64,000 bases of DNA from an uncultured Nitrospiraceae bacterium (GCA_963846575.1 CAWJWJ010000001.1:1184001-1248000); one strand, 5' to 3'; shown: positions 1 to 10,985, counted from the first letter of the stretch. Program-made: numbers and translations. Notes: generated from the sequence alone by a model not told the origin.

Positions 1-345
1 GGGTGAAGCGGTCGCGGTTCGAGAGCGAATGAGGAGCAGAATCACTTCGGTGCACAACATAACCCCGAGCAGACCGGCCAGTGGAAGTTGGTTGTGATAC
101 CGTTCTTCGGCTTTCACATTCAGCAGCATGACCACGAACAAATAGAGGACCAGGATGGCGCCGGCGTAGACGACGATCTGGACCGCCGCCAAAAACTCCG
201 CATGCAGCGTGACATAGAGTCCCGCCACATGAAAAAACATGATCAAGAGAGCCAGCACGCTGTACACGGGATTGCGCAGGGCCACCACCAGGAGGGAGGT
301 CACTGCAATCACGCCGGCGAAATAAAAGAAAAAGATCTGGTCCAT
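1..345 (-). CDS. nuoJ: NADH-quinone oxidoreductase subunit J (N-terminal part; runs off window)
   Basis: Manual translation from ATG at 345: MDQIFFFYFAGVIAVTSLLVVALRNPVYSVLALL...HAEFLAAVQIVVYAGAILVLYLFVVMLLN, a typical NuoJ motif; lies downstream of nuoI. Confidence 0.93.
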   Translation of the reverse strand, partial: MDQIFFFYFAGVIAVTSLLVVALRNPVYSVLALLIMFFHVAGLYVTLHAEFLAAVQIVVYAGAILVLYLFVVMLLNVKAEERYHNQLPLAGLLGVMLCTEVILLLIRSRTATASP

Positions 346-422
346 GCTTGCGTCGAGTCTTCCGAATCAGGTCGAACCTTCGTGTACCGTACTGTCCCGC
401 CCGCTGTCTGACGACAGACTGC

Positions 423-469
423 GCCGCCTCGCTCGTCCCGGTGTGGAGGCCATCACGGAGACGAGGCGG
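423..469. other. Intergenic hairpin between nuoI and nuoJ
   Basis: CCGCCTCG...CGAGGCGG inverted repeat, no U-tract; possible mRNA-stabilising stem. Confidence 0.35.
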
Positions 470-474
470 GCAAT

Positions 475-1050
475 TTAGGTCTCCTTTGGCGGGAGATTCT
501 TAAATGCGACGTTGAAAAACGCTACGTTCGGATGCTGCAGCTCAAGGCGTTTTTCCCGAACGGGGTAGGAACGATCCCCGATGGCGAGCAACTGTTGCTT
601 GTTGAGATGGAGCTGACGCTTGTCGTACACGGCCCATTCAAACTCGCGTGTCATTCCCAGGGCATCCACGGGACAGGCATCGACGCAGAGTCCGCAAAAC
701 AGACAGCGCGTCATGTCCATATAATATTCTTTGGAATACCGTTTGGTCGGTTCTCCCGGCACCTCATCGCTGACAACCCGGATCACGCGCGAGGGACAGG
801 CCGCTTCGCAGAGATCGCAGCCGACGCATTTCTCCGTCCCATCGTCATATCGCAGCAGCGCCAGCATGCCCCGGTAGTTATCCGGAAGGATGCGTTTTTC
901 GTGCGGATACTGGATGGTGATCGGTTTGTAGTTGAGCAGGTGGGTGAGGGTGGCCTTCATGCCCACGAGCAGTTCATAAAAGGTCAGAGTCTTCACCCAG
1001 TCGCTGAGTGAGGATTTTCGTTTGGGCTGTGCTGAAATGCCGACGCTCAT
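475..1050 (-). CDS. nuoI: NADH-quinone oxidoreductase subunit I (2x[4Fe-4S])
   Basis: CVGCDLCEAACP and CLFCGLCVDACP motifs, TIQYP; operon position. Confidence 0.96.
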   Translation of the reverse strand: MSVGISAQPKRKSSLSDWVKTLTFYELLVGMKATLTHLLNYKPITIQYPHEKRILPDNYRGMLALLRYDDGTEKCVGCDLCEAACPSRVIRVVSDEVPGEPTKRYSKEYYMDMTRCLFCGLCVDACPVDALGMTREFEWAVYDKRQLHLNKQQLLAIGDRSYPVREKRLELQHPNVAFFNVAFKNLPPKET

Positions 1051-1059
1051 GCCACTCCG

Positions 1060-2127
1060 TTACCGCGGGAATAAATAGGCGGCGATCCCGGTGAGAACGA
1101 TGTTGCCCAAGGCGATGGGGAGCATCACTTTCCATCCGAACCGCATCAGCTGGTCATACCGCAAGCGGGGCAGCGTGGCCCGTAACCAGAAGAACAGAAA
1201 CAGGAAGCAATACACTTTAACGGCAAACCAGACGACATTTTCCATCCAGGCGATGTTCTCCAGGCCGATGTACTGGAGGATGGTGCCGGGGTACGGTGCG
1301 TTCCATCCGCCGAGGAACAATGCGGCCGCGACACAGGACACCAGGATCATGTTGGCGTATTCCGCGATGAAGAAGAACGCGAAACGCATGCCGCTATATT
1401 CCGTAAAGAAACCCGCCACGAGTTCGCTTTCCGCTTCGGGCAGGTCGAACGGAACGCGGTTGGTTTCGGCCACCGCTGAGATCACGTAGACCACGAAGGC
1501 GAAAATCTGAGGAAACGGCATGGCGAGAATGAACCAGTTCCAAAACCCCCCGGCTTGGGCCTCCGTGATCTTCACCAGGCTGAGCGAACCGGAGAGCAGA
1601 ATCACACCCACGATGGCGAGTCCGACGTTCAACTCGTAGCTGATGACCTGCGCGGCGGAGCGGAGTCCGCCGAGGAGGGAGTATTTGCTGTTGGATGCCC
1701 AGCCGCCCAGGATGATCCCATAGGCGCCGATCGAAGCGAAGGCCAGGATGTAGAGGATACCGATGTTGATGTCGCTGATCACGAACGGCTTGATCTGCAT
1801 GCCGAATAGTTCAATGGTCATGCTTGGGCCGAAGGGAATCACCGCAAAGCCGATCATCGCGGGCACCAGCGCCAGGATCGGTGCGAGGGTGAAGAGGAAC
1901 CGGTTGGCTCCCGCCGGGATGATGTCCTCTTTGAAGAACAGTTTCAGACCGTCGGCGATCGGTTGCAGGACACCGTAGGGACCGACTTCCATCGGGCCCA
2001 TGCGATCCTGCATCCAGCCCAGGACCTTCCGCTCGGCGAGGGTCAGGACCATCACGGTCAGCATGACGACTCCCATCACCGCCGCGATTTGAGCCAATGA
2101 CACCGCCAGTCGCAATCCGATTTCCAT
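1060..2127 (-). CDS. nuoH: NADH-quinone oxidoreductase subunit H
   Basis: ERKVLGWMQDRMGP, QPIADGLKLFFKE, ETNRVPFDLPEAESELVAG, RLRYDQLM. Confidence 0.97.
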   Translation of the reverse strand: MEIGLRLAVSLAQIAAVMGVVMLTVMVLTLAERKVLGWMQDRMGPMEVGPYGVLQPIADGLKLFFKEDIIPAGANRFLFTLAPILALVPAMIGFAVIPFGPSMTIELFGMQIKPFVISDINIGILYILAFASIGAYGIILGGWASNSKYSLLGGLRSAAQVISYELNVGLAIVGVILLSGSLSLVKITEAQAGGFWNWFILAMPFPQIFAFVVYVISAVAETNRVPFDLPEAESELVAGFFTEYSGMRFAFFFIAEYANMILVSCVAAALFLGGWNAPYPGTILQYIGLENIAWMENVVWFAVKVYCFLFLFFWLRATLPRLRYDQLMRFGWKVMLPIALGNIVLTGIAAYLFPR

Positions 2128-2150
2128 AACGACAATACTCCTCGTTCCGT

Positions 2151-4820
2151 CTACGAGACCTTCGCGAGAGACACGCGCGCGAGCTTAAAATAGGGGATTT
2201 GAGTCTGTGGATCAATCATCCAGTCGGCGAGCTGTTTCGCCTCGCCGTCAAAATGCTCGGGAAACCAGACCAGGCCCACCGGAACACGTTCACGGAGCTT
2301 CACCTTCGTCGTCACGGCGGCGCGGGCGTTTGATATCTTCACCTGCTCCCCGTCAGTCAGCCCGAGCCTGGTGGCATCCTCCGGATTGATGGAGAGCAAT
2401 CCCTCATCCTGCAGTTGGATGAGGCCCTTGGAGCGGGTGGAATATTTCCCCGAGTGAAACAGCGTTTGAACGAACATCAGGGTGAATTGGTCATCCGCTG
2501 CCGGACTTGCTGTCGCGACGGCATATCGAGCCGGGAGATCGGCAGCGAAGCCCTCGGTCAGATAGCCTGTTAATACCGCGGAGTCCACCTTGGGTGTGGT
2601 CGGCGTGGGCCCCAGGAGACCATAACCGGGGATGACGCTCCGGATCTCCTTCAGGATCTCCCGGGCATCTCCATATTCGATTGGCGACCCCATGAGCACT
2701 GACAGGGCCGAAAACATTTCCCAATCAGGCCGGCTGTCGCCCACCGGATCAATTGCCTGGCGTACGGCCTGCACGTGGCCTTCCGAATTCGTGAAGGTGC
2801 CGTTTTTTTCCATGTAGGAACAAGCCGGCAGCACCACATGGGCCATCGCCGCGGTTTCCGTGAGAAATAATTCCTGGCAGACCAACAGGTCCAGCTTCGC
2901 CAGAGCTTCCGGGGCTTGAGCCTGGGGCGGTAAAGTGCCGACCGGGTTTTCTCCGACGACGAACAATGCCTTCAGGGTGCCTGTATGGGCTGCGGCCAGC
3001 ATGTCGATCAGCGAAGCGCCGGGGCTGCGAGGCAATTCTTCCCGCCAGACCGCTGAAATGCGGTCGCGGCCAGCCTGATCATTCAGCGGGGCGGGACCGG
3101 GAAAAAATTCGGCCACGGCGCCCATTTCGACCGCGCCTTGATCGTTGTTCTCTTCGGCGAGCGGCCCGAGCCCGCAACCGGCCTGGTCGAGTTTGCCGAG
3201 CAGGATCAGGAGGTCCAGGAGATTCATCACCGTGGCCTGTGCCCCAGGCTGGCGCAGCACCCCGTTGCCCACCAGGATGACCACGCGTTTTGCGGCGGCC
3301 AGGGTCTTCGCGGTCTCGTTCCATTGAGCACGCGTATGGCCGGTGGCCGTTTCCAGGGATTCCCATGAAGTCCCCTGCATTGTAGCGGTGAGGCGCTGAA
3401 GGAATGCCGGTGCCTGCTGAGTCAGGGTGTCGTCGACCAGATTCTGTTCGATGACAGCCTTCGTGAGTCCGATGACCGTGTTTCCGAATTGCAGGGGATA
3501 GGTCGGGAAGTGCTGTGAAGCCAGGTTGGCGATGTTACTCAGGTTGTCCACGGCCGGCTGCAGCGTTTCCATGGTCACGAGCGTCGCCTGCCGTTTCTTG
3601 ACCGCTTCCTTGACCTTGAGCCCGGTGACCGGACTGGTCTCGGTGATGTTGGTGCCGACCAGTAGCAGGGCGTCCGCGGCGATGATGTCTTCGAATGCGA
3701 TGGTCCAGCGATGGGTCCCCTGAACCCGGCGCAAGGCCTGCACCGCGCTCACGTGCCCGTACCGTGCGCTGCTGTCGATCCGGTTCGTTCCGATCACCTG
3801 GCGCAGGAACTTTTGAAACACGTACAGGTCTTCGTTGGTGCAATGAGCGGTGATCAATCCGGCAAACGCGTCCGCACCGTGATTCAGTTTCAGCCTCGTG
3901 GCCTGCTCGGCCACATATTCCAGCGCATCTTCCCACGTGGCCTCGACCAGGGCTCCGTCACGGCGGAGCAAGGGGTGCGTGATGCGCGCGGCATGAGTGG
4001 AGGCGTGGAAGCCGAAGAACCCGCGGGCGCAGAGGTCGCCGTTGTTCCGGCCGGCCCCGTGCGCGGAATTGACCTCGATGAGCTGGTTTTCCTTGGTTTG
4101 GACGGTGATCCGGCAGCCGTCCCCGCAAAAGGTGCAGATGGTGTCCGCCCGCTTGAGCATCCAGGGGCGGTACTCGTACATGGACAGCCGGCTCACGATG
4201 GCACCGACGGGGCAGATCTGCACGCAGCCGCCGCAAAATTCGCAGTCGAGTTGATGGGCGGCGAAGTGTTTGATCTCGGTCATGGTGCCGCGTCCTGACG
4301 GAGCCAGCGCCTTGACGTCCATCACTTCGTCGCAGTAACGCACGCAGCGCAAACACTGCACGCAGCGGTTCATCTGCGTTTCAATGACCGGGCTGAAATA
4401 TTCTTTCTGGAAGATGCGTTTGGTTTCGATGAAGCGGCTGGTCGTCGGCGTGTATTGATGCGAGAAGTCCTGAAGGTCGCATTTCCCGCCCTGATCGCAC
4501 ACCGGACAATCCAGGGGATGGTTGGCCAGAATGAATTCCAGTACCGACTTGTGCGCATCGTCCACGACGGTCGTGGCGGTCCGCACCGACATGCCTTCAG
4601 CGACCGGAGTGCTGCAGGAGGTCTGCAGCTTCGGCATTTTCTCGATTTCGACGAGACACATCCGGCAGTTGGCGTCGGGCTTCAGCTTGGGGTGGTAGCA
4701 GAAGTGCGGAATCATCACGCCGACGCGCCTGGCCGCCTCGATGACGAGAGTGCCCTTGGGGACCGCGACGGTCGTGCCGTCGATGGTCAGGCGAACTGTT
4801 TCTTTTGTGGGATCAGGCAT
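2151..4820 (-). CDS. nuoG: NADH-quinone oxidoreductase subunit G (long form, with N7-type cluster motif)
   Basis: IPHFCYH, CRMCLVE, HPLDCPVCDQGGKCDLQ, CVQCLRCVRYC, CTFCGDGC; molybdopterin-oxidoreductase-like C-terminus. Confidence 0.94.
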   Translation of the reverse strand: MPDPTKETVRLTIDGTTVAVPKGTLVIEAARRVGVMIPHFCYHPKLKPDANCRMCLVEIEKMPKLQTSCSTPVAEGMSVRTATTVVDDAHKSVLEFILANHPLDCPVCDQGGKCDLQDFSHQYTPTTSRFIETKRIFQKEYFSPVIETQMNRCVQCLRCVRYCDEVMDVKALAPSGRGTMTEIKHFAAHQLDCEFCGGCVQICPVGAIVSRLSMYEYRPWMLKRADTICTFCGDGCRITVQTKENQLIEVNSAHGAGRNNGDLCARGFFGFHASTHAARITHPLLRRDGALVEATWEDALEYVAEQATRLKLNHGADAFAGLITAHCTNEDLYVFQKFLRQVIGTNRIDSSARYGHVSAVQALRRVQGTHRWTIAFEDIIAADALLLVGTNITETSPVTGLKVKEAVKKRQATLVTMETLQPAVDNLSNIANLASQHFPTYPLQFGNTVIGLTKAVIEQNLVDDTLTQQAPAFLQRLTATMQGTSWESLETATGHTRAQWNETAKTLAAAKRVVILVGNGVLRQPGAQATVMNLLDLLILLGKLDQAGCGLGPLAEENNDQGAVEMGAVAEFFPGPAPLNDQAGRDRISAVWREELPRSPGASLIDMLAAAHTGTLKALFVVGENPVGTLPPQAQAPEALAKLDLLVCQELFLTETAAMAHVVLPACSYMEKNGTFTNSEGHVQAVRQAIDPVGDSRPDWEMFSALSVLMGSPIEYGDAREILKEIRSVIPGYGLLGPTPTTPKVDSAVLTGYLTEGFAADLPARYAVATASPAADDQFTLMFVQTLFHSGKYSTRSKGLIQLQDEGLLSINPEDATRLGLTDGEQVKISNARAAVTTKVKLRERVPVGLVWFPEHFDGEAKQLADWMIDPQTQIPYFKLARVSLAKVS

Positions 4821-4928
4821 TCGTATCCGTCACACCTGGTTCGTGGAACGCGAGTTCTCCGGACGGGTTGAGGTTCAATTGAATGGCAATCGTCGCGCAG
4901 GGCCCTTCCGTGAAACACACCGGCGGCA

Positions 4929-6233
4929 TCAATGTCGTCCCGCCGGTTCCGGCCGTATCAGGTTCGCGGCCTCCGCGGCATGGATCAACGTGACATATTC
5001 GCGCCGCCAGTGTTTGAGGGTGCTCATGATCGGCGCGACCTCGGCGTCTCCGAATGCGCAGACTGTCCGGCCGGCGATGTTCTTACATAAGTCGGTCAGG
5101 GTTTCAAGGTCCGACATCTGCCCCCGTTTATTGACGATCCGGCGCATGGTCTGTACCAGCCAGGAACTGCCTTCCCGGCAGGGACTGCACTTGCCGCAGG
5201 ACTCGTGATAGAAAAATTCCATCAGGCGCAAGGCCGCCCAGACCATATCGGTGCCTTCCTCCATCACCGTCACACCGCCGGATCCGAGCATGGAGCCGGC
5301 CTGCGCCACCGATTCAAAGTCCAGTTTGACGTCCAAGTGATCGGGGGTCAAAAATGGTGCGGAGGCTCCGCCCGGAATGAACGCCTTGAGCGGCTTGTCC
5401 GATCGCATGCCGCCGGCCTGTTCGTAGATCAACTCTCGAAAGGTGATGCCCATCGGGACTTCGTAATTGCCGGGCCTGGCCACATGGCCGCTCACGCAGA
5501 AGACCCGGGTGCCGGTACTCTTCGGCGGCGAGCCGATCGAAGCGAACCATTCGGCGCCGCGGGTCATGATGTGCGGCAGATTGGCCAGGGTTTCGACGTT
5601 GTTGACCACGGTGGGCTTGTTGTAGAGCCCATGCGTGGCGGGAAACGGCGGCTTGGTGCGCGGAAGCCCCCGCTTGCCTTCGAGCGACTCCAGGAGGGCC
5701 GTTTCCTCGCCGCAGATATAGGCGCCGGCTCCCCGGTGCACCCAGACGTCGATGGTCCGGTCGCTTCCAAACATATTCTTGCCGATATAGCCGGCCGTCC
5801 GGGCTTCCGCAATCGCCTGTTCAAGAATCTTGGCCCCGAGCACAAATTCGCCGCGAATGTAAATGTAAGCACTGGCAGCGCCGATCGCGTAGCAGGCGAT
5901 CAGGATGCCTTCGAGCAACTGGTGCGGATCACGCTCGATCAGCTGGCGGTCCTTGAAGGTGCCCGGCTCACTTTCGTCGGCATTGCAGCAGAGATAACGC
6001 GGCCCTTGATAATCTTTGGGCAGAAAGCCCCACTTCACCCCGGTTGGAAACCCGGCGCCACCGCGTCCGCGCAATCCTGACTTCATCACCATGGCGGTCA
6101 CGTCCGCGGCGCTCACGCCCCCCAGGATCTTCCGTAAGGCCTGGTAGCCGCCTGCGCGTTCATAATCCGCCAGAGACCCGGTATAACCGGGCTGGAGCAT
6201 ATTCTTTAATAGAATGGGTTCGTAGGTCCGCAT
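4929..6233 (-). CDS. nuoF: NADH-quinone oxidoreductase subunit F
   Basis: GLRGRGGAGFPTG, NADESEPGTFKDR, GAGAYICGEETAL, ESCGKCSPCREG. Confidence 0.97.
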   Translation of the reverse strand: MRTYEPILLKNMLQPGYTGSLADYERAGGYQALRKILGGVSAADVTAMVMKSGLRGRGGAGFPTGVKWGFLPKDYQGPRYLCCNADESEPGTFKDRQLIERDPHQLLEGILIACYAIGAASAYIYIRGEFVLGAKILEQAIAEARTAGYIGKNMFGSDRTIDVWVHRGAGAYICGEETALLESLEGKRGLPRTKPPFPATHGLYNKPTVVNNVETLANLPHIMTRGAEWFASIGSPPKSTGTRVFCVSGHVARPGNYEVPMGITFRELIYEQAGGMRSDKPLKAFIPGGASAPFLTPDHLDVKLDFESVAQAGSMLGSGGVTVMEEGTDMVWAALRLMEFFYHESCGKCSPCREGSSWLVQTMRRIVNKRGQMSDLETLTDLCKNIAGRTVCAFGDAEVAPIMSTLKHWRREYVTLIHAAEAANLIRPEPAGRH

Positions 6234-6265
6234 GGTTCGTCAAGAAAACAGCATCCGGATGCCGC

Positions 6266-6802
6266 TTAACTTTTGGTTTGCGCTCCCGCCGGTTCAGGCC
6301 ACATAAAGGGGCCGGTTTTCAGGGATGACACGCCGGTCTGTCGCAAGTCCGCCAGGATGCGGTCGAGCCGGGCTTCCGTCAGCCGTTCATAATAGTCGTC
6401 GTTGATCTGCATCATCGGCGCGGTCCCGCAGGCAGCCAGGCACTCCACGGCGCTCAGCGTGAACAGTTTATCCCCGGTGGTCTCACCGGGTTTGATCCCG
6501 AGTTTCTGACCGATCCAGCCGATGAGGGTGTCCGAGCCGACGAGAGCGCACATCAGCGATTTGCAGACCTGAATGTGAAACTTTCCCACCGGTTTCAGAT
6601 TCAGCATCGTGTAAAACGTCGCTGTCTCATACACCTGCGGAGGGGTCAGCTTCAAGATGCCGGCAATTTCCTGCATGGCCGATTCCGTCACATAGCCCTG
6701 CTCCCGTTGCGCCAGATACAGCAAGGGCAAGAGCGCCGACCGCTTGACCGGATAGCGGCTCAATATTTCGTCAATCTCAGCCTTGTGTAGGTCCTTTAAC
6801 AT
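6266..6802 (-). CDS. nuoE: NADH-quinone oxidoreductase subunit E
   Basis: ATFYTM, VCKSLMC and ECLAACGTAP [2Fe-2S] ligands. Confidence 0.96.
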   Translation of the reverse strand: MLKDLHKAEIDEILSRYPVKRSALLPLLYLAQREQGYVTESAMQEIAGILKLTPPQVYETATFYTMLNLKPVGKFHIQVCKSLMCALVGSDTLIGWIGQKLGIKPGETTGDKLFTLSAVECLAACGTAPMMQINDDYYERLTEARLDRILADLRQTGVSSLKTGPFMWPEPAGAQTKS

Positions 6803-6921
6803 TTAACGCTTCCTTGTGCCGTCACCAGGATCAGGCGAAGCAGCCTGTCCACCCTGTGCGCGTCCGCCATGGCTTTCGAGCCGCGCGTTGTACGCGCCCA
6901 GCGAACACGCTCCCGTGCCCC

Positions 6922-8673
6922 TCATCTATCACATTCTCCCATGACGATGTCGTAGGTTCCGAAGATCGTGATGATATCCGAGATCAGGTACCCCCGTGCC
7001 ATGTGGTCGAAGGCCCCCATATGAATGAAGGAAGGTGAACGGATTTTCAGTCGATAGGGCCGCGCGCTTCCGTCGCTGACGATAAAGAAGCCCAACTCAC
7101 CCTTGGGCACTTCCGTGCCGCAGTAGGTTTCACCCTTGGGTGGCTTAAACCCCTGCGTGAAGATAATAAAGTGGTGAATCAGGCTCTCCATGTCGCGCAT
7201 GACCTTGACCTTGGGGGGAGGGATCACCTGCGGCACGTCCGCCATGACCGCGCCTTCCGGCATCTGGTCAAGACATTGGGCGATGATGCGGGAGCTTTGC
7301 CGCATTTCCTCCATGCGGACCCAGTAGCGGTCGTAGGTATCGCCGTTTTTCCCGAGAGGCACTTCCCACTCGACCCTGTTATAGGCCCCGTAGGGTTCGT
7401 ACTTGCGTACGTCGTAATCGACACCCGACCCTCGAAGCGTCGGACCGGTGAGACCGAAGTTGATCGCGTCTTCCGCTGAGATCACGGCCACATTTCTCGT
7501 CCGTCCCACCCAGATTCGATTGGACATGAGCAACTGGTTGTACTCGTCGACTTTGTCGGGAAACGTCTTCAGAAAGGCCTTCAGGCGAGCGACCAGGTCC
7601 GGCGTGAAATCGCTGTCCACCCCGCCGATGCGGTAGTAGTTCAAGGTCAGACGCGCGCCGCAGAGTTTTTCGAACATGTCCAGCAGTGTTTCCCGTTCGC
7701 GAAACGTCCAGAAAAACACGGTCATGGCCCCGATGTCGAGCGCCTGCGTCCCCAGCCAGAAGAGGTGCCCCACGATCCGTTGCATCTCCGCGACGATGGT
7801 GCGGACGTATTCGGCCCGTTCAGGCACGGTGATGTCGAGCAATTTTTCGACGGCGCGCACATAGGCGTAGTTATTCGTCATGGCACACACATAGTCGAGT
7901 CGGTCGGTGTGCGGAATGATCTGCATGTAATGGAGGCCTTCCGCCAGTTTCTCGACTCCGCGGTGCAGATATCCCAGGTCCGGCGTGGCCTTGACGATAC
8001 GCTCGCCGTCCAATTCCAACACTACCCGGAGCACGCCGTGCGTACTGGGATGCTGCGGCCCCATGTTCAGCAGCAATTCTTCCCGCCGGTGGGTGCTTTC
8101 GACAGGGGCGGCGGCCAGGAATGCCTGTTTTTCTTTCTCGGGTACCTCCCCGCTCGACTGCATCTCGGGGGTTTCGTCCAGTCGCGGAATGAAGGGAAAG
8201 GAGCTACGCCACCCGCGTCCTTCGGTGGGGAAATCTTTGCGCAGCGGATGCCCCTCTTCATAGTCTTCGGGCAGGAGAATACGTCGAAGGTCGGGGTGGC
8301 CGACGAAGGTGATGCCCATGAGATCGTAGACCTCGCGTTCCATGAACTCGGCGCCTTTCCAGATACCGGTGATGGAGGCGATCTCAGCGAGATCTTCGGT
8401 CACGCGCGCCTTCAGCCTGATGCGGCGGCGATGCGGCAGAGAGAGCAGTTGATAGACGATCTCAAAGCGTTCCGGGTCATCGGGATAGTCCACCGCGCAG
8501 ATGTCGGTAATGTGGTCGAACGAAGCCTCCGGCGTATCATGCAGCCAGCGGGCAATGTCCACGATCCGGGCGGCGGTGACGCGTGCGGACACCTCGTTTC
8601 GTGCGGTGTCCACCTCGACGGCGCGGATCGCGTCGGGGAAGGCGGTCATGAGTCGTTCAAGCAGCGGTTGCAT
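6922..8673 (-). CDS. nuoCD: NADH-quinone oxidoreductase fused subunit C/D
   Basis: EREVYDLMGI...GHPLRKDFP (C part); NMGPQHPSTHGVLR, GYLHRGVEK, DIVMGECDR (D part). Confidence 0.96.
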   Translation of the reverse strand: MQPLLERLMTAFPDAIRAVEVDTARNEVSARVTAARIVDIARWLHDTPEASFDHITDICAVDYPDDPERFEIVYQLLSLPHRRRIRLKARVTEDLAEIASITGIWKGAEFMEREVYDLMGITFVGHPDLRRILLPEDYEEGHPLRKDFPTEGRGWRSSFPFIPRLDETPEMQSSGEVPEKEKQAFLAAAPVESTHRREELLLNMGPQHPSTHGVLRVVLELDGERIVKATPDLGYLHRGVEKLAEGLHYMQIIPHTDRLDYVCAMTNNYAYVRAVEKLLDITVPERAEYVRTIVAEMQRIVGHLFWLGTQALDIGAMTVFFWTFRERETLLDMFEKLCGARLTLNYYRIGGVDSDFTPDLVARLKAFLKTFPDKVDEYNQLLMSNRIWVGRTRNVAVISAEDAINFGLTGPTLRGSGVDYDVRKYEPYGAYNRVEWEVPLGKNGDTYDRYWVRMEEMRQSSRIIAQCLDQMPEGAVMADVPQVIPPPKVKVMRDMESLIHHFIIFTQGFKPPKGETYCGTEVPKGELGFFIVSDGSARPYRLKIRSPSFIHMGAFDHMARGYLISDIITIFGTYDIVMGECDR

Positions 8674-8683
8674 CGTTCCCGGT

Positions 8684-9163
8684 TTATTTCACGAAGACTC
8701 GTTCACGCTGGATCTTCTGTTGGAGTTTCAACAGGCCGTCCAGCAACGCTTCCGGACGAGGCGGGCAGCCCGCAATATACACGTCGACCGGCACGATCTG
8801 GTCCACTCCCTGAACGACCGCGTAGCTGTTGTAGTGATTGCCGGAGGTCGCGCAGGATCCCATGGAGATGACATAACGCGGTTCCGGCATCTGATCGTAA
8901 ATCCGTCGGATGACCGGGGCCATCTTTCGACAGACCGTTCCGGCGACGATCATCAAATCCGACTGTCGCGGCGAGGCACGGAAGACGCCGGCGCCGAACC
9001 GGTCGATGTCATACCGCGACGAGACGCTGGCGATCATTTCGATGGCGCAACAGGCCAGCCCGAACGTCATGGGCCAGAGGGAAGACTTACGCGCCCAACA
9101 GACAAGGGCATCGAGATTCGTCGTCATGATATTGGCATCAAGCTGGCGCTCTAGAAAGCTCAT
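8684..9163 (-). CDS. nuoB: NADH-quinone oxidoreductase subunit B
   Basis: [27 protein letters not shown]; start set at ATG 9163 after a GAGG SD. Confidence 0.96.
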   Translation of the reverse strand: MSFLERQLDANIMTTNLDALVCWARKSSLWPMTFGLACCAIEMIASVSSRYDIDRFGAGVFRASPRQSDLMIVAGTVCRKMAPVIRRIYDQMPEPRYVISMGSCATSGNHYNSYAVVQGVDQIVPVDVYIAGCPPRPEALLDGLLKLQQKIQRERVFVK

Positions 9164-9266
9164 CGTCCTCTCACTTTCCCATCCGCTTGAGCAAGAAGGA
9201 GGAGCGGGCTGGTCGCCTCCGGCCGCGCGCAACGGAGGCGGCTAGGTCGCTCATGATATCCGTTAT

Positions 9267-9638
9267 TCAGTCCCATTCGAGCGCCCCTTTTTTCCAGGCG
9301 TACCAGAACCCGACGATCAAAATGGCGATGAACAGCCCCATCTCCACCAAGCCTACCAGCCCCAGTTTCCTGAATGCGACGGCCCAGGGGAACATGAATA
9401 CGATTTCGATGTCGAAAATCACGAACAGCATTGCAATGATGTAATAGCGAATCGGAAACTGCACTCGGGCGTCCGAGAACAAAGGGCTGCCGCTCTCGTA
9501 GGGCGCGAGTTTGGCGCGATACGGCCGGCTCGGCCGCACGATACGTCCCACCAGCAACTGGATCGCGCCAAAGGCGGCCGCAATGACCATAAAGATCAGA
9601 ATGGGAATGTAATTCAGCGGCGCGGCTTCGCTACCCAT
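9267..9638 (-). CDS. nuoA: NADH-quinone oxidoreductase subunit A
   Basis: PYESG, LFVIFDIE, WKKGALEW. Confidence 0.96.
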   Translation of the reverse strand: MGSEAAPLNYIPILIFMVIAAAFGAIQLLVGRIVRPSRPYRAKLAPYESGSPLFSDARVQFPIRYYIIAMLFVIFDIEIVFMFPWAVAFRKLGLVGLVEMGLFIAILIVGFWYAWKKGALEWD

Positions 9639-9715
9639 GGTGTACCCGTGATCTGTGACAGGTGAAGCATACAGCGCTGGTGTGTGCGATCGCCATCATT
9701 ACCTGCCGGGTGCCG

Positions 9716-10891
9716 TTAGGCGGCCGAATGTGTTGCTAAGATGGATCCGAAGAACGGCTGGAACTTCAGTCCATCCAATTCCGGTTTGGCCATGTTCTTG
9801 TGCTGCACCAGGACTTTGAAGGTCCGTCCCATGCCGTCAGGTCGCAGGAGGTGAATGGCGGCAAAAAATTCAGGGGATTCAGGCTGAAGCGACTCCAGCA
9901 GCTGCTCGGCGCCGAGGCCGATCAGAAAACTCATTTGATTCGTAAATCCGGTGACATCCAATCCAGCTGACTGGCCCGCCCTCGCCAACGCGGTGAAGTC
10001 GACGTGCGCTGTCATATCCTGCTCACCCACTCGATCAAACGCATCTTCCGTCGTGGTCTGGTTGTAATAACACAGAAAGGTGCCGGTTCTGCGTTCCGGT
10101 CCGTAGAGATCATCGGAGGTATGGCCGTAGTCAATGGTCATGACCAGGCCGCGATCCATGACGTGCCCCACCTGCTTCATCCACCGAATCGCCTCAAGGT
10201 TGATTTCTGTCCGGTAACCTTCCGGCAGGGTGAGCGCGCTCTCCCGTATATAGGCCGCCAGGTCGTCGGACAGCGGCCGGAACACCTCAGTGAAGCGGTC
10301 CTCCTGCCAATCGACATACATTTCCTGCGGCGTCCCGTCGAGCACCGCGATGCGATGCACCGGGAACGCGTCCACCAGCTCATTGGAAAAGAAGAGGCCC
10401 GTGACGCTCTCCGTCGGAAGCTCTTCCAGGCGATCGATCCAGACGACCCGACCGTTGTGCGCGAGCCAGGGGGCGAGTGCGTGCTGTTGCAGCATGCGCA
10501 TTGCAGCGCTGCGCTCAATCAAAATGTAGCGGAGACGTTCACCGAGGTTCGCCGGAGCACTCTGACAGGTGGTCAGAAAATCCCGCGCGAGCAGCCCCTT
10601 GCCCGGTCCCATCTCCACCACGGTGAAAGGATCAGGGTGTCCGAGTAGTGCATCGAGCTGCTGTGCCTGTTTGGCCAGCGCCTGTCCCAGGATCGGATGC
10701 ACATCGGCGCTGGTGTAGAAGTCGCCTGACCACCCGATACGTTCCATGGTGGGGTCGTCGACCGGGCGTACGTAGTAGCCGAACCGTGGATGATAGAGCG
10801 CCAGGTCCATGAAGCGGGCGAATGAAACGGGACCCGTGGCCGCAATCTCGGCTCTGATCTCCTCCAACAATTGTGGATGCCCCGTGCTCAA
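9716..10891 (-). CDS. SAM-dependent methyltransferase, MidA/NDUFAF7 family
   Basis: FARFMDLALYHP.GYY, GDFYTS, VEMGPGKG, SNELVDAFP, IDYG, QDMTAHVDF. Confidence 0.9.
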   Translation of the reverse strand: MSTGHPQLLEEIRAEIAATGPVSFARFMDLALYHPRFGYYVRPVDDPTMERIGWSGDFYTSADVHPILGQALAKQAQQLDALLGHPDPFTVVEMGPGKGLLARDFLTTCQSAPANLGERLRYILIERSAAMRMLQQHALAPWLAHNGRVVWIDRLEELPTESVTGLFFSNELVDAFPVHRIAVLDGTPQEMYVDWQEDRFTEVFRPLSDDLAAYIRESALTLPEGYRTEINLEAIRWMKQVGHVMDRGLVMTIDYGHTSDDLYGPERRTGTFLCYYNQTTTEDAFDRVGEQDMTAHVDFTALARAGQSAGLDVTGFTNQMSFLIGLGAEQLLESLQPESPEFFAAIHLLRPDGMGRTFKVLVQHKNMAKPELDGLKFQPFFGSILATHSAA

Positions 10892-10985
10892 AGTGACACC
10901 ACCATAACCGGCAGCCGTCTGTCATTTCGCGCGCCACCCCACGAAATGGCTTACCTGCCTGATTTCCTAGTGAAAAGAGGGGGTT